Origin: Thecamonas trahens ATCC 50062
Taxonomy: Eukaryota; Protista; Apusomonadida
Reading direction: 5' to 3'
Assembly (NCBI RefSeq): GCF_000142905.1
Contig: NW_013657665.1
Coordinates: forward strand, 248,001-312,000
DNA: 64,000 bases
Positions 1 to 10,931 of the stretch are shown here, in pieces. The notes under the pieces were generated by a model. That model was not told where the DNA came from, searched no databases, and worked only from the letters and a program-made list of their open reading frames with translations. The translations under genes were made by a program, and so were the position numbers. Each line of letters begins with the position of its first letter. Position 1 is the stretch's first letter.

Positions 1-3000
1 CTCCGGGCGAGAGCGAGCCGACTGCCATTCGCTCCGAGAACTGGACGACAACAGTCGAGCCGAGGCTCGCCTCGATCGAGCCATTGCCCGGGCTCACCAT
101 AACCACAGCTGGCCGTGTGACGTCTTCGGTAAACCAAGTAGTCGAGTACGAGGCTGCTAGCGCGTTGGGGTGTGAGATCGAGTCATCGAGGGCGGCGACG
201 CTCAAGGCGACCTGGTAAAAGACGGTCTCTTCGAGCGGGGCAGCCGGAACAAAGGTGACGATGTGCGAGACGTTGGTTGGGAGGCTCCAAACAAAAGTGC
301 CAGCCACGCGGGCCGCCGAACCTTGCTTCGTCAGCGCAAAGGCAGCCTCGACCGAAGCCGTGTCCATTCCCTCGTCAAAGACAAGAGTGATGTTGGAGCC
401 AAGGACGACCGAGTTGTCGCCGTCGGGCGGGACCGAGGCAGCCGTGACGAGCTGCGGGCGGGTGTGGTCCTGAGCCCGAAACCAGAACACGACCGGCTCC
501 ATGGCGTTGGAGCTTGCATCGAGTGCACCGGCTCCGTAGCTCAATATGTAGTCGGTGTCGTCTGGCAGGTCTGCAAAGGGAGTAAAGGTGAGGACGGTCT
601 TGGGCGTGTTCCACGCAAAGGCGCCAGCCACTGGCGAGCCGGCCACCGAGACTAACGAGAACGCCGACTGGACCGGCGCCGGAATCATGGCCTCGGAAAA
701 GGTGGTGACAATGGTCGAGTTGAGCCCGACCTCGGTCTGAGTGTTGTATGGAGCGGTGGCGACGACGCGCGGGGCGGAAAAGTCGCGCGTGAAAAAGGCC
801 GAGCCAAAGGGCGCGCCAGCAAGGTTGTTGCCGGACGGATCGGCGGCAGCGGGCGCGAGAGTGATGGTGTACTCGGTGAACGACGCGAGGTCAGCGAGCG
901 GCACAAACTGAAGTGCCGTGTTCTCGTTCGACCAGCTAATGTTGCCGGTGACGGACGAGCCGTCTTCGGCAAGCAGCGAAAAGGCCGCGGTAGTGGCCGG
1001 CACGTCCATGGTCTCGTCAAAGAGAACTCGGACAACAATGTCGGGATCGAGCCCGGCCTCGTCGCGGCCGGGCGAGGTCGACGTCACTCGCGGCGGCGTC
1101 GAGTCCTCGGTGACAAACGAGGCCGAGAGCTCAAAGCCGAGCTTGTTTCCCGCGAGATCGGTGGCGGCAGTGGTGACTGAGATAAAGTGGGTGGTCCGCT
1201 GCGCAAGCGGCATTGCTGGCGTAAACACCATCAGCTGCTCGTTGTTCGCGAGGGCAAAGTAGGCAAAGGTCCCGCTCACCGGCTCGTTGTCGAGGGTGCG
1301 GAGCGAGAACGCGCCACCGGCGTCGAGCGACGTCTGGTTCATGTGCTCGGAAAAGGTGACGTTGATGGTGGTAGCGACAGGGACTGAGGGCTCTAGGGCG
1401 CGCGGCGTGAACGAGTTGCGGTAGACCGGCGCCACAACGTCGATGCAGAGCGGCGCACTCGACGACCACTGGCCGTTGGCCTGACAGCTCCGAGACGAGA
1501 CGCCAACCAAAGAGTACGGCGCATTGCAGGCGTAGCTGCAGCTCGACGGGTAAGTGGTGGCGCACGATCCGATGTTTCCGTTCGTTGGCGGCAGCAGCGG
1601 CCCACAGTCGTGCAGGAGGCATACGGCGTTGTCACCGCTCCACGACGCGTCGGGAAGGCATGTCCGCGCCGCCATGGTTGTGGCGTTGGCCAGATAATAG
1701 CCCGTATCACACGAGAAGGTCTCGCACGTACCACCGACCGAGCGCACGCAGTCGCCGGCTCGCGAGCCAAAGGCCGGCGGCGAGAGGTCCGGACAGTACG
1801 ACAAGATGAGAGCACACGAGGCGGCCGGGCCTGACCAGTTGCCAACGCGATTCAACCCGACGAGGCACGTGCGCGAGGTCGAGCCGACGAGCGAGTAGCC
1901 GCCGTTGCAGGAAAAGGCGCAGGTATCTCCGAGCGTCTGCCCGCATACCGGCGGAGTGGTTACCGAGTTGGGCGGCGGGAAAAGGGTCGGACAGTAGAGC
2001 GGGTCGAGGGCGCACGTGGTGGGAATACCGGTGTAGGTCTTGAGGACAGTGCATGTGTGGGTGATGTCGCCGTTCTTGAGGTAGCCCTCGTTGCAATCGT
2101 GAACCGAGACGGCCGAGTACGTGGTGTTGACGGTGTAGACCCATGCCGGCCAGGTGTCACCCGGTTGCGGCGCCGGAGGGAGGCGGGCGACTTCGTAGCC
2201 GTTGACCGGCGGCGTGTTGGGCCCACAGTCGATGACGGTGCAGTTCGGCGAGGCCACGTCCCATACGCCGTGTGTGGTGTTGAGCGGAAGGCAGCGGCGG
2301 AAGGGTGGGTTGGAGACTGCGTACCCGACCTTGCACCGGTACGGCCCGCACTCGTCGCCGTTGGTCTCCCACACGTAGCGCGGGCAGTCTTCGGGCGCAA
2401 TGTCGCCATGGTCCGGCGCCACCGGTGGCTCGCAGTAGTCGGCGATGCGGTCACAAGTCGGGAGGTCACCGTCCCACACGCCGACTGACGCGTCGGCGCC
2501 GGTCGTGTTAGTGCATCGCCGGACGGTCGAACCAGCCACAAGGTGGTACCCGAGGTTGCATGTGGTCGTCACCGTATCGCCAAGTCGGTACGCCCCCGCC
2601 ACACCAAAGGTGGCATGCGGAACAAGGTACTCAAACGGCTCGCAGTACGGCTCGACAAGGGAGGCGCAGTCGGGCCCGGTAAAGCCATAGTAGCAGGTGC
2701 AGGTCGAGGCGTCGGTGCAAGTGCCGCGCCCGGCGCGGCACGGCTGCGAGCCGCATCGCGGCGTGCATCCGGCCGAGTTGTCGGCGACAGCAATAGAGAC
2801 CGACGACGTGACAGGCCCACACCGCGGCGAGGCGAGTGTGACCGAGGCGGTGAGCGCGGCCGAGATCCCGTCGGCTCGAACGGTCACTAACTCGTCGTTG
2901 ATCGCCGACACTGGGCTGAGGCCTGCGTCAAATGTCCACGCCACCGTCCGGTCCGAGTCCCATGTCGGCGTCGACTCAACGTTGAGGGAAAAGTATGAGG

Positions 3001-4666
3001 TGAGGCAGGTAGAAGTGGCAGATGCTGGTGTCACCACAATGTCCGCAGAAATGGTTTCGGGCTGGATGTAGAGAATGTCGTCAAAGACCTGCGAGTTGAC
3101 TGTGAGGTCGACAAAGCCGGGCGCGCTGTAGATAGCGGTCGCCGACGTCGACGAGCTTTGGCCGAGCCAGCCACTCCCTGACGAGGTGAGCGTTCCGCCC
3201 GGAGTGAGAGTGATGGAAATAACGGAACCAACACAGGTGTGCGGTGCAGCGACTTGGATTTTCTGGTGGTTCATCAGCGAGGTATCGGAAATGGCAGCCG
3301 AGACCGGGTAGGTTCCAGACTGCTGGATAATGCGACTGATGCCGCTGACGCCTTTTCCACCTGTGCCACCACGGCTCCCGCTTCCACCTTTTCCCCCGAG
3401 CCCACCACGGCGAGCTCTGCAATCTGGATCATGGGGGATGCCTCCGAGCCCACCAGGGGAGCCTAGGCCTCCAGCACCGCCGCTGCCGCCTTGGCCTGCC
3501 GAGCCTGCTTGGGCCAGCGAGTAGCGGATGGAAATTGAGTGGGCCGTTGACTTGCGGTAGGCAATGATGGCGATCGAAGATCCGCCAGAGCCACCACCTG
3601 CACCGCCAAAGCCGCCGCCGCCACCACCACCACCACCACCGCCACCACCGCCGGTCTGCTTGTACTTTGTCTTGGACGGAAACTCATAGACACGGAAAGC
3701 GCCACCACCACCACCGCCGCCACCGCCACCACCATTCCTGCCGTTGGCACCGGCCTTGCCCGGGTTCGCCACCCATCGGTAGTTATTGGCATCAAAGTAC
3801 CCGGAACCAGACACGCCGTTCCCACCATTGGACGGCTGTAAGCCGTTTCCACCGTTGCCTCCGTTCTTGCCGTCTGAGATGATGCCGAAAACACTCTCGC
3901 CGCTCGAGCCGGGCCCACCCGAGGCGCCACCAAGCGAGCCACCACCGCCTTTGCCACCGACACCACAGTTGCCCTTGCAGCATCCGCGGCCACCTGTCCC
4001 ACCAGGGTTGCCCCCAGAGCCACCGTAGGCGGGCGTATCAGAGTTACAGGCTGCTTTGTTACAGTAGCCAACAATACCGTTGCGCCCGGACTTGGCCACG
4101 ATCTTGCCGTTTGCACCCTTGGCCCCGGCACCACCATCGGATGCATCCCCCGAGATGACATAGATGCGCGAGGCTGAAAAGTCGACGCAAGCGGCAACCA
4201 GCAAGCCGTAGACCGACTGGGACGAGCCACCTGGCGACACAGCATAGAAGATGATTTCAGAGACAGACGTCGAAATGGTGCCCTCAGCCTTTGCCACCGG
4301 CCCGCCTTGATCAGAGAACAGGATCGTGTTGTACGCGTTGATAGTAGAGCGGACCCAAGAGCCACTCCCGCGTAGCCATGATCCTTGGTAGATCGTGTAC
4401 GACTGCAGAGCATAGTTGTGAGTGTTGTACAAGCCTTGCTCGAGCCGGAAGATGTAGCGCCTCGTCGTGCTTGCCAGACCAAAGGCGTTGGAGCTTCGCA
4501 GCACACCGGCCCTCGCGAGGCTGCACGGCGTGTCTGGCTGACAGAACGAAAACGACGAGCCCGATGACGAGATGTGGAGAACGCGGATGGTGTGCTGTTG
4601 CTGTCCCATGCCTGTTGCCGCCAAGGCAAGTAGCACCAGAGCTGACAGCCACCACCAGCACGACAT
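1..4666 (-). CDS. Large secreted/surface mosaic protein (>1555 aa, runs off window): signal peptide, PE-PGRS-like Gly-rich domain, EGF, 6 Sushi/CCP domains, at least 4 Big_5/SbsA-type Ig-like repeats
   Basis: Translated by hand from the ATG at 4666 (MSCWWWLSALVLLALAATGMG); open to position 1. Absent from the ORF track because there is no stop in the window. EGF CRAGRGTCTDASTCTCYYGFTGPDC; Sushi e.g. CGPLLPPTNGNIGSCATTYPSSCSYACNAPYSLVGVSSRSCQANGQWSSSAPLC; Ig repeats with TFSEHM/LFDETM...FTP...ATDLAGN. Confidence 0.9.
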   Translation of the reverse strand, partial: MSCWWWLSALVLLALAATGMGQQQHTIRVLHISSSGSSFSFCQPDTPCSLARAGVLRSSNAFGLASTTRRYIFRLEQGLYNTHNYALQSYTIYQGSWLRGSGSWVRSTINAYNTILFSDQGGPVAKAEGTISTSVSEIIFYAVSPGGSSQSVYGLLVAACVDFSASRIYVISGDASDGGAGAKGANGKIVAKSGRNGIVGYCNKAACNSDTPAYGGSGGNPGGTGGRGCCKGNCGVGGKGGGGSLGGASGGPGSSGESVFGIISDGKNGGNGGNGLQPSNGGNGVSGSGYFDANNYRWVANPGKAGANGRNGGGGGGGGGGGAFRVYEFPSKTKYKQTGGGGGGGGGGGGGGFGGAGGGSGGSSIAIIAYRKSTAHSISIRYSLAQAGSAGQGGSGGAGGLGSPGGLGGIPHDPDCRARRGGLGGKGGSGSRGGTGGKGVSGISRIIQQSGTYPVSAAISDTSLMNHQKIQVAAPHTCVGSVISITLTPGGTLTSSGSGWLGQSSSTSATAIYSAPGFVDLTVNSQVFDDILYIQPETISADIVVTPASATSTCLTSYFSLNVESTPTWDSDRTVAWTFDAGLSPVSAINDELVTVRADGISAALTASVTLASPRCGPVTSSVSIAVADNSAGCTPRCGSQPCRAGRGTCTDASTCTCYYGFTGPDCASLVEPYCEPFEYLVPHATFGVAGAYRLGDTVTTTCNLGYHLVAGSTVRRCTNTTGADASVGVWDGDLPTCDRIADYCEPPVAPDHGDIAPEDCPRYVWETNGDECGPYRCKVGYAVSNPPFRRCLPLNTTHGVWDVASPNCTVIDCGPNTPPVNGYEVARLPPAPQPGDTWPAWVYTVNTTYSAVSVHDCNEGYLKNGDITHTCTVLKTYTGIPTTCALDPLYCPTLFPPPNSVTTPPVCGQTLGDTCAFSCNGGYSLVGSTSRTCLVGLNRVGNWSGPAASCALILSYCPDLSPPAFGSRAGDCVRSVGGTCETFSCDTGYYLANATTMAARTCLPDASWSGDNAVCLLHDCGPLLPPTNGNIGSCATTYPSSCSYACNAPYSLVGVSSRSCQANGQWSSSAPLCIDVVAPVYRNSFTPRALEPSVPVATTINVTFSEHMNQTSLDAGGAFSLRTLDNEPVSGTFAYFALANNEQLMVFTPAMPLAQRTTHFISVTTAATDLAGNKLGFELSASFVTEDSTPPRVTSTSPGRDEAGLDPDIVVRVLFDETMDVPATTAAFSLLAEDGSSVTGNISWSNENTALQFVPLADLASFTEYTITLAPAAADPSGNNLAGAPFGSAFFTRDFSAPRVVATAPYNTQTEVGLNSTIVTTFSEAMIPAPVQSAFSLVSVAGSPVAGAFAWNTPKTVLTFTPFADLPDDTDYILSYGAGALDASSNAMEPVVFWFRAQDHTRPQLVTAASVPPDGDNSVVLGSNITLVFDEGMDTASVEAAFALTKQGSAARVAGTFVWSLPTNVSHIVTFVPAAPLEETVFYQVALSVAALDDSISHPNALAASYSTTWFTEDVTRPAVVMVSPGNGSIEASLGSTVVVQFSERMAVGSLSPG

Positions 4667-5100
4667 CTGACAGAAGGGGAGGGAGAGAGGGAAGGGAGGA
4701 GAGAAAGTCGAGGTGTGTGTGACGAGTGTGTGTGGAGCGTGGTGTGTATGTGTGTGTGAGGGGTTGAGGGTGTGTGTGAGGTGGAGTGTTTGTGTTTGTG
4801 CGTGGGCGTGGGGGTGTGAGGTGTGGGAAGAAGGGGACGGGGGAAGAGGGGAGGAGGGTGGGGGAGGGAGAGGTGTGTGGGAGTCGGAGCACGTGGGGGC
4901 CGAAAAGTTGATGCACGACATCAACGACATTCTCGCGCGCACGCCATCCCTTTTTTTGCCTACCACACCCTTTTTTTGAAGGGGGCGGCGCAAAGTCCAC
5001 GCTATTCGGAGGTCTTTTTTGTTGTGGGAAGCAAGAGAAGGACAAAGAGTGATCAACAACCAGTTAGCAAATCATTTGACTCTCTGGGAGACACAAAAAA

Positions 5101-8100
5101 ATGCGCATCGTTGTTGTCGCCCTTCTATTGGCAACAGTACGTGGTGGCATGTGGCCACCTTCCGTGGGGTGGTGGGTGGGGTGTAGAGAAGGCGAGGGGG
5201 GGGGGGGGGAAGGGGGAGCGGAGTGTACGAGTGGGAGAGGGAGTGGGGGTGTCGGTGGTGGACGCAGGAGAGGTTGGTTGCGGGTGGTGGCGTCGTGGCT
5301 TGTCGTTTTTGCAGCCTTCGTCGGTGGGCGTGCAGCCTATGAGTGTGAGGCTCACGGGAAGAGTGCGGGGCGGGGTTGAATGGGACAGGTGGTGTGCGGA
5401 GCTCCGGACCAAGGCACGTATGTGGCGGTCAATTCGTACGGACTGACGCCGGCGTCTGTACTGGACACGGTTGGCGGGCGAGTGGTGACGGTCTCGGCCT
5501 CGGGCGACAATCAGTTGTGGCTGGAGGGCCGTTCTGCAGCCGACGGATCTCCGTCGATGGCATTCTCGGTGTGCACCGGAGCGGGGTGCGGCCGCAATCC
5601 TGCGGCGGTGTTCCACGCTGCTGGCGCCAACTCGGGCACGCTGGTGGCGTACACGGCTGCGGACGGGACGCTTGCCCTCGTGTTCTGCGAGCATGGACTC
5701 GCTACGTGCGTGGATCGGACCAGCAACCTACCTTCGCTGGCGGGCGACTCGGGGTTGGAGCCGTCGATTGCACTGGATGCTGCTAGTGGCCTTGTGGTTA
5801 TTGTGACGCGCGATAGTGCGAGCGGCTCACGGCTGCGGGCGTTCCGGTGCCCGGCGCTGGGAACGACGGCGTGCAGCTCTGCCATTGTGGACGCGGGCGC
5901 GCCACCCGACTCTGGCTTGACGCCCTCGCTTGTGCTGGACCCGAGCGGGAGCCGCGGACTCGCGTTCACCCGTGATGCTGTTGTCAACAACACGTTGCGG
6001 GTTTGGACGTTTAATGTGAGCGACTCGCTGGCAGTCGCGGGCTCGATTTCGAGCCTCAACGTGCCATGCGGATGCGACTCGTTGCCGATGGCCGAGGATG
6101 GAGGCACCGGGCTGGCGGCTGACTTGTCCTGCGTGGACGGGTGCGGCGCGTTCTACTCGGGCTTTCTGCCGTCTGCTATTGTCATTCCAGGCTCCTCGCC
6201 GGTCAGATATGGTGTGATGACACAGGCACGTGGGGTGGCAGCTGGTGGGCTTGTACGGTCGCGGGCTCGTGTGCCGTCGTCGGCCGAGCACGTGCTGGTC
6301 TACCATGTGTTTGAGGAGCTGAGCAGCGGCGAGCTCGGGTACCCTGCTGGTGCGCCGGTGTTCTTTACCAACCCGTCGTCAACCAACGTGGCGCCACCAT
6401 CACTTGTGGCGCTGCCTCAAGTCGATCAGCGACTGGTGGCGGTGGCGTCTGTGAGCTCGGGCGGGCGGTTCTCCCTCCATGCGTGGCGGTTTCGGTATGA
6501 CGGGAGCGATATGGCCGAGCTGGCTATCAATGCCGGGCTTGGCAACTCGGTTGAGCACGACCCGCACTCGAGGTCGGTTGTGTTCGACCCTGTGAGCTAC
6601 AATTTGCTCTCGGCCGCGACAGATGTGCTCGGCTCGTCGTTGGGTCTCTTTGTGCAGCCAATGGAGGATACACCAGAGCCGATCGATGCCGCGTCTGTGC
6701 TGGCGGCCGACGCTACGTCGGTGACGGTGGGCTGGGCGCCGCCAACGCGGTACAACGTGCCAGTTGTGCGGTACGAGGTGCAGATTCCGGATCATGGTGG
6801 CACGATGTCGGACACGTCACCGATGTACGTTGTGCTACCGGGCGCAGGCGAGTCGGGCTCGTACTTGGCCTCCAATCGGACGTCGTTTACCGAGTACTCG
6901 TTCAGGGTGCGGACTGTGACGAGCCGCGGGATCTCCGAGTGGTCGCAGCAGCTGCAGGCGAGAACCGGGCGGGGCCCGCCGCACGTCATTTCTGCGCCGA
7001 CACTGATCGAGGCGACGTCGAGCTCAATCGAGTTTGGTTTCTCGCCCGCCTTTGACGGGGTGACCCCGTGACGCTGTATCAGGTTCTTGTGGATCCGCCG
7101 AGCTCGGTGCTCTCGATCGGTACGCCAAATGACTTCCGGAGCACACTCGTGCTCTCTGCCGACACCGAGTTCTCGATCTCGATCCGTGCAGTCAACTCGA
7201 ACGGGACGGCGCCCTGGTCGGAGCCGCTTGTGGTCTCGACAGACACAATCAACATCTCACCGCCGGATGCACCGCCGCGGCCTTCGGCGAGCGATGTGAC
7301 GTCGTCGACGCTGCGGCTGGCGTGGATTGCGCCTGCTGACAACAACCTGCCGATCACTATGTACATCGTCCACCAGATCTCGCCGGCGCGGGTGCTCAAC
7401 ACGACGACCACCTTTGCGTTTATCGACGAGCTCCTGCCGAACCAGTTTTACCAGTTCCGGATTCAGGCTGTGAATGGAAACGGAACGTCGCCGTTCTCGC
7501 CGCTGCTGGATGTCAAGACGGCGACGATTAACGCGCCGCCCGAGGCGCCGGGCGGGTTGTACCTCGGGAGCGTTGCAACGTCGTCGTCGCTGGTCTCGCT
7601 GCGCTGGGACGTATCGCCACCGAACGCAGCCGACCCGCCGTTTGCATTTCAGATTCTTGTCGAGCGACTGGCGTCACTTGTGGATACTTCGGGCGAGGCC
7701 GCGAGTACCATTGTAGAGGTTTTCCCACAGAATCCGAACGACGCGGCGCAGCTGACGGCGGTGGTCACGGGCTTGCTCCCTGCGACGACGTACCGGTTCT
7801 CGGTTCGATCGCGCAACACGAACGGGACGTCGGACTACGCAGCGACGATGGTGACGGAGACGACGCTTGCGGACGTGCCAGAGGCGCCGCTGCCACCGCT
7901 CGTGGCGGGCATTGCGTGGAACTCGGTCAACTTTACCATTACCGCGCCGGCAGACAACGGCTCGCCCATTTCGCGGATTACAGTCTACCGCAATGGGGAG
8001 TTTGTGCGTGCGCTCGAGGGCGCCGAGCTCGCTGCGCCGCAGCCGTACTTGTTTGTCGACTCTAGGCTTATGCCGCTCTCGCTGTACGTGTACACAGTGT

Positions 8101-9860
8101 CGGCGTCGAATGCGGTGGGTGAGTCACCGGTCTCGGCGGCGCTGTCTGTGCAGACAGGCGCGGAGCCGACGATTGCGGCAGTGACACCACCACCGCCACC
8201 GCCGTCGAACACGCTGCTTGTAGCGTCGGCCGCTGGGCTCGGTGCCATCCTTCTCTTGGTGGCCATTCTTCTTGTGATCCTCATTGTGCGGCGGCAGAGG
8301 AAGCGCGCGCGGGCTGGGCCGCCGATGCCGGACTTTACGCCGTTCCGGTTTGGCAAGTACGGGACGACGGCTGTGAAGCCTGCGGTGAGCCAGCGCGCAG
8401 GACTTGTCGAGTCTGTACTCCCGTTTCTGTTTGACCATCCGACGAACGCGGTGCTCAAGGCTATGCTTATGTGCGTGGATCCGGCCGACGCCGACGACTT
8501 TGCAAAGTCGCTCCTGGCTGTGGCGCTGGCCAAGGGGAAGGAGAAGGAAGTGATTTTGGCGGCGTGCGCGCTCGAGGTGGAGAGGGCGGACTCGCTGGGT
8601 ACCCTTTTCCGGGTCAACTCTGTGGCGACCAAGCTGATGCAGGCGTACTCAAAGGCCGTAGGCCTCCCGTACATGTGGGAGGCTGTGGGTCGGCACGTGG
8701 CGGTGTGGTACCACGAGAACCATGCCGGCGATGACGAGGAGGCCGGCGAGGCTGCTGCGCCGCAGGGTCTTTCGACGCGCAACATGGAAATCGACACGTC
8801 CAAGGTCGGTGCCGGCCAGGCCGAGACCAACAAGTACCTGCTGATGGCGATGTGCCAGCAGTTCTTTGAGTCGATTGTGTCTACGGGCAAGTTTGTGCCG
8901 GTCGGCATGCGGCGGATCTGCCTGTACCTGCAAAATGCAGTGTCGGCCAAGTTCCCGACGGTCGGCACAACGCCTACGAACTCGTATCTCTTCCTCCGGT
9001 TCCTCAACCCTGCTATTTCCGCGCCGGAAGCATTTGGCGTCCTTCCCAACCCACCTAGCCGCGAGGAGCGGCGGCAACTCATTTTGGTCACCAAGGTCCT
9101 ACAGAACCTCGCGAATGGCGTGCTGTTTGGCACCAAGGAGCGATTCATGGTGCAGCTCAACCCGTTCCTCAACACCAACATGCCGCGACTCAACGACTAC
9201 GTGCGTGATGTGCTCAACATCAATGTGCCGTCGTTCGACCCGTTCCCGGCCGCCGAGGAGATGCCGGCGTCGGTGCTTCCACTCTCGCTCGCCGTCCTCC
9301 ACGGCTACCTCGCCCGATTCCTCACCAAGCCCAAGTTCAAGGCTGTGCTCAAGGGCGCAACGCCAATGGCCGGCTACGAGGTCCTGCCGGACATCGAATC
9401 GTCTTCGTCTTCATCATCGTCGTCTTATTCGTCATCAAACTCGTCGGGCGACGAGAACAAGACGGCTGCGTCTTTGCTCCCGCCGCCGGCTCCGTCGACC
9501 GGCACGACCGGCCTCCTCCCGCCGCCGCCGCCGCTCCTCGCGTCCGGCCCTGGCGCCGCGCCGCCTCCCACCGGCGCCGGTGTCGAGCTGGCTGCCCTCT
9601 CACCCAGCGCGGTCGTTCTCGACATGCCCGGCGGCGAGGCCGGCGGCTCGGGCAGGGTGGCGGCGGCGCTTGCATCGCGCCGCGGCTCGGGCTTTGAGGA
9701 GATGTCGATGGTCTCGTCCATCGGCGGCGACGACACCAACGACTCGGCGCCGGTCAACCACGGCTCGATGCTCTTCCGCCAGTTCAAGCTTGTCGTCCAG
9801 CAGCTCGGCAATCCGCTCACCAAGTCGCAGCTGTTCCCGACCAAGTCCCGCAAGAAGTAG
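5101..9860 (+). CDS. Receptor-type RasGAP: signal peptide, extracellular region with about 5 FN3 domains, single TM, cytoplasmic RasGAP. Intron 5137-5388; frame break near 7057-7068
   Basis: Exon 1 MRIVVVALLLAT, GTACGT...CAG intron, then VVCGAPDQG gives a clean signal peptide. ORFs 5380-7071 and 7068-9860 join inside one FN3 domain. TM LLVASAAGLGAILLLVAILLVILIV followed by RRQRKR. RasGAP motifs TLFRVNSVATK and FLRFLNPAISAPE. Confidence 0.85.
5137..5388 (+). other. Spliceosomal intron (252 nt, G-rich)
   Basis: GTACGT donor, GCTCAC branch-like site near 5350, CAG acceptor. Removes the in-frame TGA at 5377 and completes the signal peptide. Confidence 0.75.
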
Positions 9861-10724
9861 AGGGGGACAAGGATGCGGAGGACAAACCTTCCTTTGGATA
9901 CCACACTCATTTTTCACTGCAACTCTGCAACACTTTATCACATTTCTTTCACGCTGTAAACCCCTTCTCGGGCTCGACAAGCCGGCCACCTGCCGCAGCG
10001 CGTCGTACTCGTTGTCAGTGAGCGTGCGGAAAGAGCCGGGGCGGAGGAAGGGGTCGGAGAGCGGACCGATGCGGACTCGGGCGAGCGAGCAGAGGTCAAG
10101 GCCAAGAGCGGCGCACATGCGGCGGATCTGACGATTACGACCCTCGTGGATGGTGAGCGAGACAAGACAAGGATCGATGCCGTCGGCGACGTCAGCAACC
10201 TTGGCCGGGGCGGTCAGTCCGTCGCCGAGCGCAACACCGCGAGCCAGGGCGCGTCGAGCAGCCTGCGGAAGTGGATTCGCAAGTCGCAGCACATACTCTT
10301 TTTCCACGCCCAGCGATGGATGGGTGAGAGCGTGGGCAAGAGGACCATCAGCAGTGGCGAGGATCAAGCCGGTCGTCTCCTTATCGAGCCGACCGATGGG
10401 GAAGACCCGTGGCGATGGTGGGAGCATGTCTGCCACGGTAGGACGACCATGTGTGTCGCGCATGGTTGAGATCACTCCTGCAGGCTTGTGTAACAGATAA
10501 GTGATCGGGCGATCCGATGATCCGCCACCTCCTTCAGCATCGTCCGTCTCGACCAGCTGGCCGTCGACCGCCACCACGTCGCCACCAGCATGGTCGGCCT
10601 TGTCACCCAGGGCGGCAACCACACCATTGAGAGTCACCCTCCCGGCGGAAATGAGGGCCTCACCGCCGCGGCGTGAGCAGAGTCCCGCTCGTGCAAGGAA
10701 GACTTGGAGGCGGATGGCTGGCAT
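9600..10724 (-). CDS. rluB: RsuA/RluB-family pseudouridine synthase with N-terminal S4 domain (bacterial type); true end probably near 9949
   Basis: RLQVFLARAGLCSRR (S4), YLLHKPAGVIST, catalytic IGRLDKETTGL, VEKEY, IHEGRNRQIRRM, RVRIG. The last ~120 aa run through the spacer and antisense to the RasGAP. Confidence 0.85.
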   Translation of the reverse strand: MPAIRLQVFLARAGLCSRRGGEALISAGRVTLNGVVAALGDKADHAGGDVVAVDGQLVETDDAEGGGGSSDRPITYLLHKPAGVISTMRDTHGRPTVADMLPPSPRVFPIGRLDKETTGLILATADGPLAHALTHPSLGVEKEYVLRLANPLPQAARRALARGVALGDGLTAPAKVADVADGIDPCLVSLTIHEGRNRQIRRMCAALGLDLCSLARVRIGPLSDPFLRPGSFRTLTDNEYDALRQVAGLSSPRRGLQRERNVIKCCRVAVKNECGIQRKVCPPHPCPPLLLAGLGREQLRLGERIAELLDDKLELAEEHRAVVDRRRVVGVVAADGRDHRHLLKARAAARCKRRRHPARAAGLAAGHVENDRAG

Positions 10725-10931
10725 GAGCAGAGAGAGAGAGAGTGTGTGTGTGCGAGAGTGGAGTGAGCGGGTCTTGGGACATTCGACGGGAGGGCATGGG
10801 CAGATGGGAGATGGCTTGGCCGATGATGGTGAACGTGGTGTGGGATGGATGTTAGATGGGGGGAAATGAGGGGGAGTCGAGTTGGGTTGGGTTGGGCTGG
10901 GTTGGGTTGGGTGCTGTTGTGGGGTTAAGGG

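Noticed and set aside
5377-5382. In-frame TGA directly before ATG, suggesting selenocysteine or readthrough
   Set aside because: It lies inside a well-formed GTACGT...CAG intron whose removal yields a proper signal peptide.
7060-7082. 23-nt GT...AG intron that would restore the RasGAP receptor frame
   Set aside because: It would delete the conserved FN3 P-V-T-x-Y strand, and the donor is unlike the others; a single missing base fits better.
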